Shown here: positions 59,714-64,000 of the stretch, one piece after another
How positions within the stretch are numbered: position 1 is the stretch's first letter
Layout of the letters: each line of letters begins with the position of its first letter
DNA from: Octopus sinensis
Lineage: Eukaryota
Length of the DNA: 64,000 nucleotides
Reading direction: 5' to 3'
Assembly: GCF_006345805.1 (NCBI RefSeq)
Contig: NC_043024.1
Span: 7,750,001-7,814,000, forward strand
Program-made: the position numbers and the translations under genes
The notes under the pieces: model-generated
What the model was told of the DNA's origin: nothing
Databases searched by the model: none
The model's input: the letters and a program-made list of their open reading frames with translations, nothing else

Positions 59714-60484
59714 ATATTGTTGTATTTCGGAATGGTCATTTTGCCAGTTTAGCCAATAAAAACACTCGCACTATATATTTGGTGTTATTTGCTTTTTACA
59801 TTAATCTTAATCTTATTTCGGCCAGAGTTCTTTCGTCACACTCCTGTGACCGCATCAGTGGTCCTTTGTTTTCTTCTTTCTTATTTGTGTCTCTCCTTAC
59901 TAACCGTCAGCCATTTCGTATTTCTATTGTATGTCTTTATTTGCGCATGCTTATATCTCTATGTACGTCTATGTTTATTTAGTGTGTGTGGGGGGGATGC
60001 CTGTAATATTTGTATCTTCTGTTTATATATGTTCATGTAATTTGTATCTTGTTTTTGTTGTTTTTGTTTATTCTTATTTTGTTCATGTGTTTACATCCAC
60101 TTATTATTATCATTACATATGCTTGTATGTATAACAACAATACTAGTAATAACAATAATAAATCGAATTGAAAAAAAAAATTTTTTTTAATTAAAAAAAA
60201 TAAACATAAACGCACATAGAGATATAAGCATGCGCAAATGAAGATATACAATAGAAATACAAAATGGCTGACGGTTAGTAAGGAGAGACACAAACAAATA
60301 AGAAAGAAGAAAACAAAGGACCACTGATGCGGTCACAGGAGTGTGACGAAAGAACTCTGGCCGAAATAAGATTAAGATTAATGTAAAAAATGAATAACAC
60401 TGAAGCAAAATAACACCAAATATATAGTGCATGTGTTTTTATTGGCTAAACTGGCAAAATGACCATTCCTAAATACAACAATAT
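59714..60484. mobile_element. Penelope-like inverted pseudo-LTR pair
   Basis: Arms 59714-59980 and 60198-60484 are reverse complements, and each carries a hammerhead-like motif. Confidence 0.55.
60321..60360 (+). ncRNA. Minimal hammerhead-like motif (variant core) in a Penelope-like inverted repeat; mirror copy at 59822-59861 on the minus strand
   Basis: CCA-CTGATGCG-GTCACA(GGAG)TGTGAC-GAAAG(AA)CTC-TGG. Confidence 0.45.
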
Positions 60485-60912
60485 ATATATATATAGTGAA
60501 TGTGTACATAGACACACATGTTCATGCACACACATAGCCAAAAGGCACAACTTGTTTTTCTTGACCTGAAGACACACACACCTTGTTGCACCAAAGTACA
60601 TCTGTTTAGCGAGGGAAGTTCTTGCATTGTCAAAATCTAGGAATGATGATGCTGTTGTCGTTCAATAATAAAATTGAAGTTTTGCCTAAATGAAAATACA
60701 GAGAAAGAGATAAACAGGATGTTTATGGCTGAAATGTCTTTCATCATAAGGGTTGAGTAATATTGACCTAAGGCTACAAACCATCAAACAAAATATACCG
60801 AAATTCTCTTGTTCTCTTTTATCTGTTGAAACCTGTAGTGGTTTCTTGCCAACGCCTTTTAATATGATGGAATAGGATTTTGTCTGGATGGAAAGTTCTT
60901 GTTCACACACAC

Positions 60913-60944
<32 letters not shown>

Positions 60945-60993
60945 TATATATATATATACACATACACACACACACAAATACATATCTTTAAAT

Positions 60994-61031
<38 letters not shown>

Positions 61032-62854
61032 CACACATAAATACAAACATATATAATATATACACATATATTCATTATATATATATGTATGTATGTAATA
61101 AATATATAGACACTAAAATATTTAAAAACTAGCAGTATCGCCCGGCTTTGCTCAGGTTTGTAAGGGAAATAACTATAAAGCATTTTAAGAGAGTTATAGC
61201 CAAAAAATAGCAAAAAAATGGAAAAAAATTATGGTAAATTTTTTTTGAGAGTTAAAAAAGGTGGAGTTGCGTCCCCTACACAGTTTGTGGTTTGTGTTTC
61301 TGATTCTCGACCCCATGTCGAATTTATAGATTTTTTTCAGAACTGGGGGAACTTTTCAAAATTTTCGCTGTGTTAGTTTTGAATTATGACATTGGGCTAT
61401 GTGTGTGTCAAGTTTCATCAGAATCGGTTGAAAGCCGTGGTCAGGGTGAGGGTACAACCTGACAGACACACAGACACGCAGACAGACAAACTGCCGTTTA
61501 TATAGAGAGAGATATAGGTATACACACATAAATGCAACATATATGCATACAATAAATATGTGTGTATATATATGTGTATGTATAAGATATACATACATAC
61601 ATTAACACATACACAATATATTTATGCGTACATGTGTATATATTATTGGAAATTTAGTTAAAATTCCTCATGTCGGGTTTATCCAGTTTGAGACCTGAAG
61701 TTTCAAGACAAATGTGTGCAGGTGTGTGGAGGGAGGCAACAATATAGGGGAGGGAGAGGCAGAGGTGTGTCGGAAGGCTTCAGGTAATTTTAGCCTGAAG
61801 TCAACACCTGTCTGTCTGTATGTCATCAGTCTCTTTTCCATCCGTCTTCATAAAAAGCAGCTGCAAAAGGAACCTGATTTCCATGTCTTCCAATTTTCTT
61901 TTCTTGTTCACTGGTTGAATTTGGCTGACATCAAATAGAAGCATCCTGATTCTTTTATTCTTTTAGTCATTTGACTGCGGCCATGCTGCAGCACCGCCTT
62001 TAGTTGAACAAATCGACCCCAGGACTTTGTAAGCCTAGTACTTATACTATTGATCTCTTTTTGCTGAACCACTAAGTTACGGGGATGTAAACACACCAAC
62101 ATTGGTTGTCAAGCGATGGTGGGGGGGACACAGAAATACGTACATACATATATATATGTATATATGTGTATGTATATATATATATATGTATATATATGTA
62201 TGTATATACATATATAGGCGTAGGAGTGGCTGTGTGGTAATTAGCTTGCTGACCAACCACATGGTTCTGGGTTCAGTCCCACTGCGTGGCATCTTGGGCA
62301 AGTGTCTTCTACTATAGACTCAGGCCGACCAAAGCCTTGTGAGTGGATTTGGTAGACGGAAACTGAAAGAAGCCCATCGTATGTATGTGTGTGTATATGT
62401 TTGTGTGTCTGTGTTTGTCCCCCTAGCATTGCTTGACAACCGATGCTGGTGTGTTTACGTCGCCGTCACTTAGCGGTTCGGCAAAAGAGACCGATAAAAT
62501 AAGTACTGGGCTTACAAAGAATAAGTCCCGGGGTCGATTTGTTCGACTAAAGGCGGTGCTCTAGCATGGCCGCAGTCAAATGACTGAAACAAGTAAAAGA
62601 GTAAAGAGTATATGTATACAACGGGCTTCTTTCAGTTTCCAACTACCAAATCCACTCACAAGGCTTTGGTCAGCCTAAGGCTATAGTAGAAGACACTTGC
62701 CCAAGGTGCCATGCAGTGGGATTGAATCCAGAACAATGTGGTTGGGAAGCAAGCTTCTTACCACACAGCCACTCTTGCAACTATGTACATTTCTAAAAAA
62801 AAATTTTTTTCATTTGAAGTTTATTTCAGTAAATTTTCACTTGAGGTAGTAGTA

Positions 62855-62904
<50 letters not shown>

Positions 62905-62929
62905 ATAAATAAATTTATAATGAATAGAA

Positions 62930-63240
62930 AAGTTATTTGAACATGGACTAGTGGCTGTGACAGACAATAAAATTACTGGAACTTATAAGACTTCCCCATT
63001 AAGACTGACCATGTTATTGAAGCAAGAAGACCAGATACAATTATAGGGGACAAAATAAACAATGTAATATCCATAGATTTTGCAGTTCCTTATAACAAAG
63101 TTCAAACCAAGGAAATCGATAAAAAAACTGAGAAATAGCAGGGTCTAGCCTTAGAGCTGAAGAGACTGGAATACTAAACAATTATTCCTATGGTAATTGG
63201 TGCACTTGGCACAACATCCAAAAAGTTACATAAGAGACTG
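62930..63240 (+). mobile_element. Dong/R4-clade LINE, restriction-like endonuclease domain fragment
   Basis: DFPIKTDHVIEARRPD...IDFAVP...EK...LALELKRL...IIPMVIGALG; degenerate. Confidence 0.75.
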
Positions 63241-64000
63241 AAATCGACCTCCAGGACTTATTCTTAGTAAGCCTAGTACTTATTCTATCGGTCTCTTTTG
63301 CCGAACCGCTAGATTACGGGGATGTAAACACACCACCATCGGTTGTCAAGCGATGTTGGGGGGACAAACACAGACACACAAACATACATATACATAAACA
63401 TATATACGACGGGCTTCTTTCAGTTCCCGTCCACCAAATCCACTCACAAGGCTTTGGTCGGCCTCAGGCTATAGTAGAAGACACTTGCCCAAGGTGCCAA
63501 TCAGTGGGACTGAACCTGGAACCATGTGATTCGTAAGCAAGGTACTTACCACACAGCCATTTGCAAAAAAAATAAAATCTGCGCTCGTGCCTACGTGCAT
63601 AACTACAGTTTGGGGCTCTGTTTATTTTATACATAAGTTCCTGAGAAATGCTTACTTCTTGATGGAATATTACAGAGAAACTTCTTTAAGTGTGTTGATT
63701 ACGAGTTTTGATAAAAATGAACGTTTTGGTTTCAGAAAAAAATGAATGTTTCTAACCATTCTTACCTGCCGACTTGGCTTCTGTCATTAAAACGCATACT
63801 TTTTAATAATATTTTACAGAATTACGTTTTTGAGAGCGAAGATTATATAATGGTGACGTTTCGGTTACAGAAAACTAAAGAAGAGAATGAAATATTTTAA
63901 AGTCTCGGAAAATGGTTCGGGGCTGGATGGAAGGACGATTCGAAACCCCTCTAAAAAATAAATAGGTTTCTTTTGAGGTTTTTGGGGGGGCTTTTTTTCT

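Overview
Eukaryotic, AT-rich, SINE- and microsatellite-dense genomic DNA. The repeat families suggest an octopod cephalopod (Octopus-like); this is an inference, not a database result. Three spliced genes can be rebuilt with in-frame GT-AG junctions. (1) The 5' part of ERCC3/XPB on the minus strand: 7 exons, 222 codons, running off the left edge. (2) A complete DUS3L, head-to-head on the plus strand: 11 coding exons, 647 aa, 20630-36884. (3) An unrecognised 3-exon gene (44753-48722) for a 102-aa secreted protein with a signal peptide and a chitin-binding-like Cys motif; the ORF track misses it. The rest is tRNA-derived SINEs, RTE/BovB/CR1/Tx1/Dong-R4 LINE fragments, Helitron-like elements, piggyBac-like MITEs, a deleted mariner, a tRNA-Asp pseudogene and simple repeats. 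The most notable observations are: a ~69-bp-arm hairpin in a DUS3L intron whose loop copies the 3' end and splice donor of a downstream DUS3L exon; minimal hammerhead-ribozyme-like motifs in several unrelated Penelope-like repeats, one near-canonical at 8235-8308; three tandem in-frame splice acceptors at ERCC3 exon 6; SINE multimers with a constant junction; and a higher-order array of piggyBac-type MITEs. All coordinates were read by eye and repeat boundaries are approximate.
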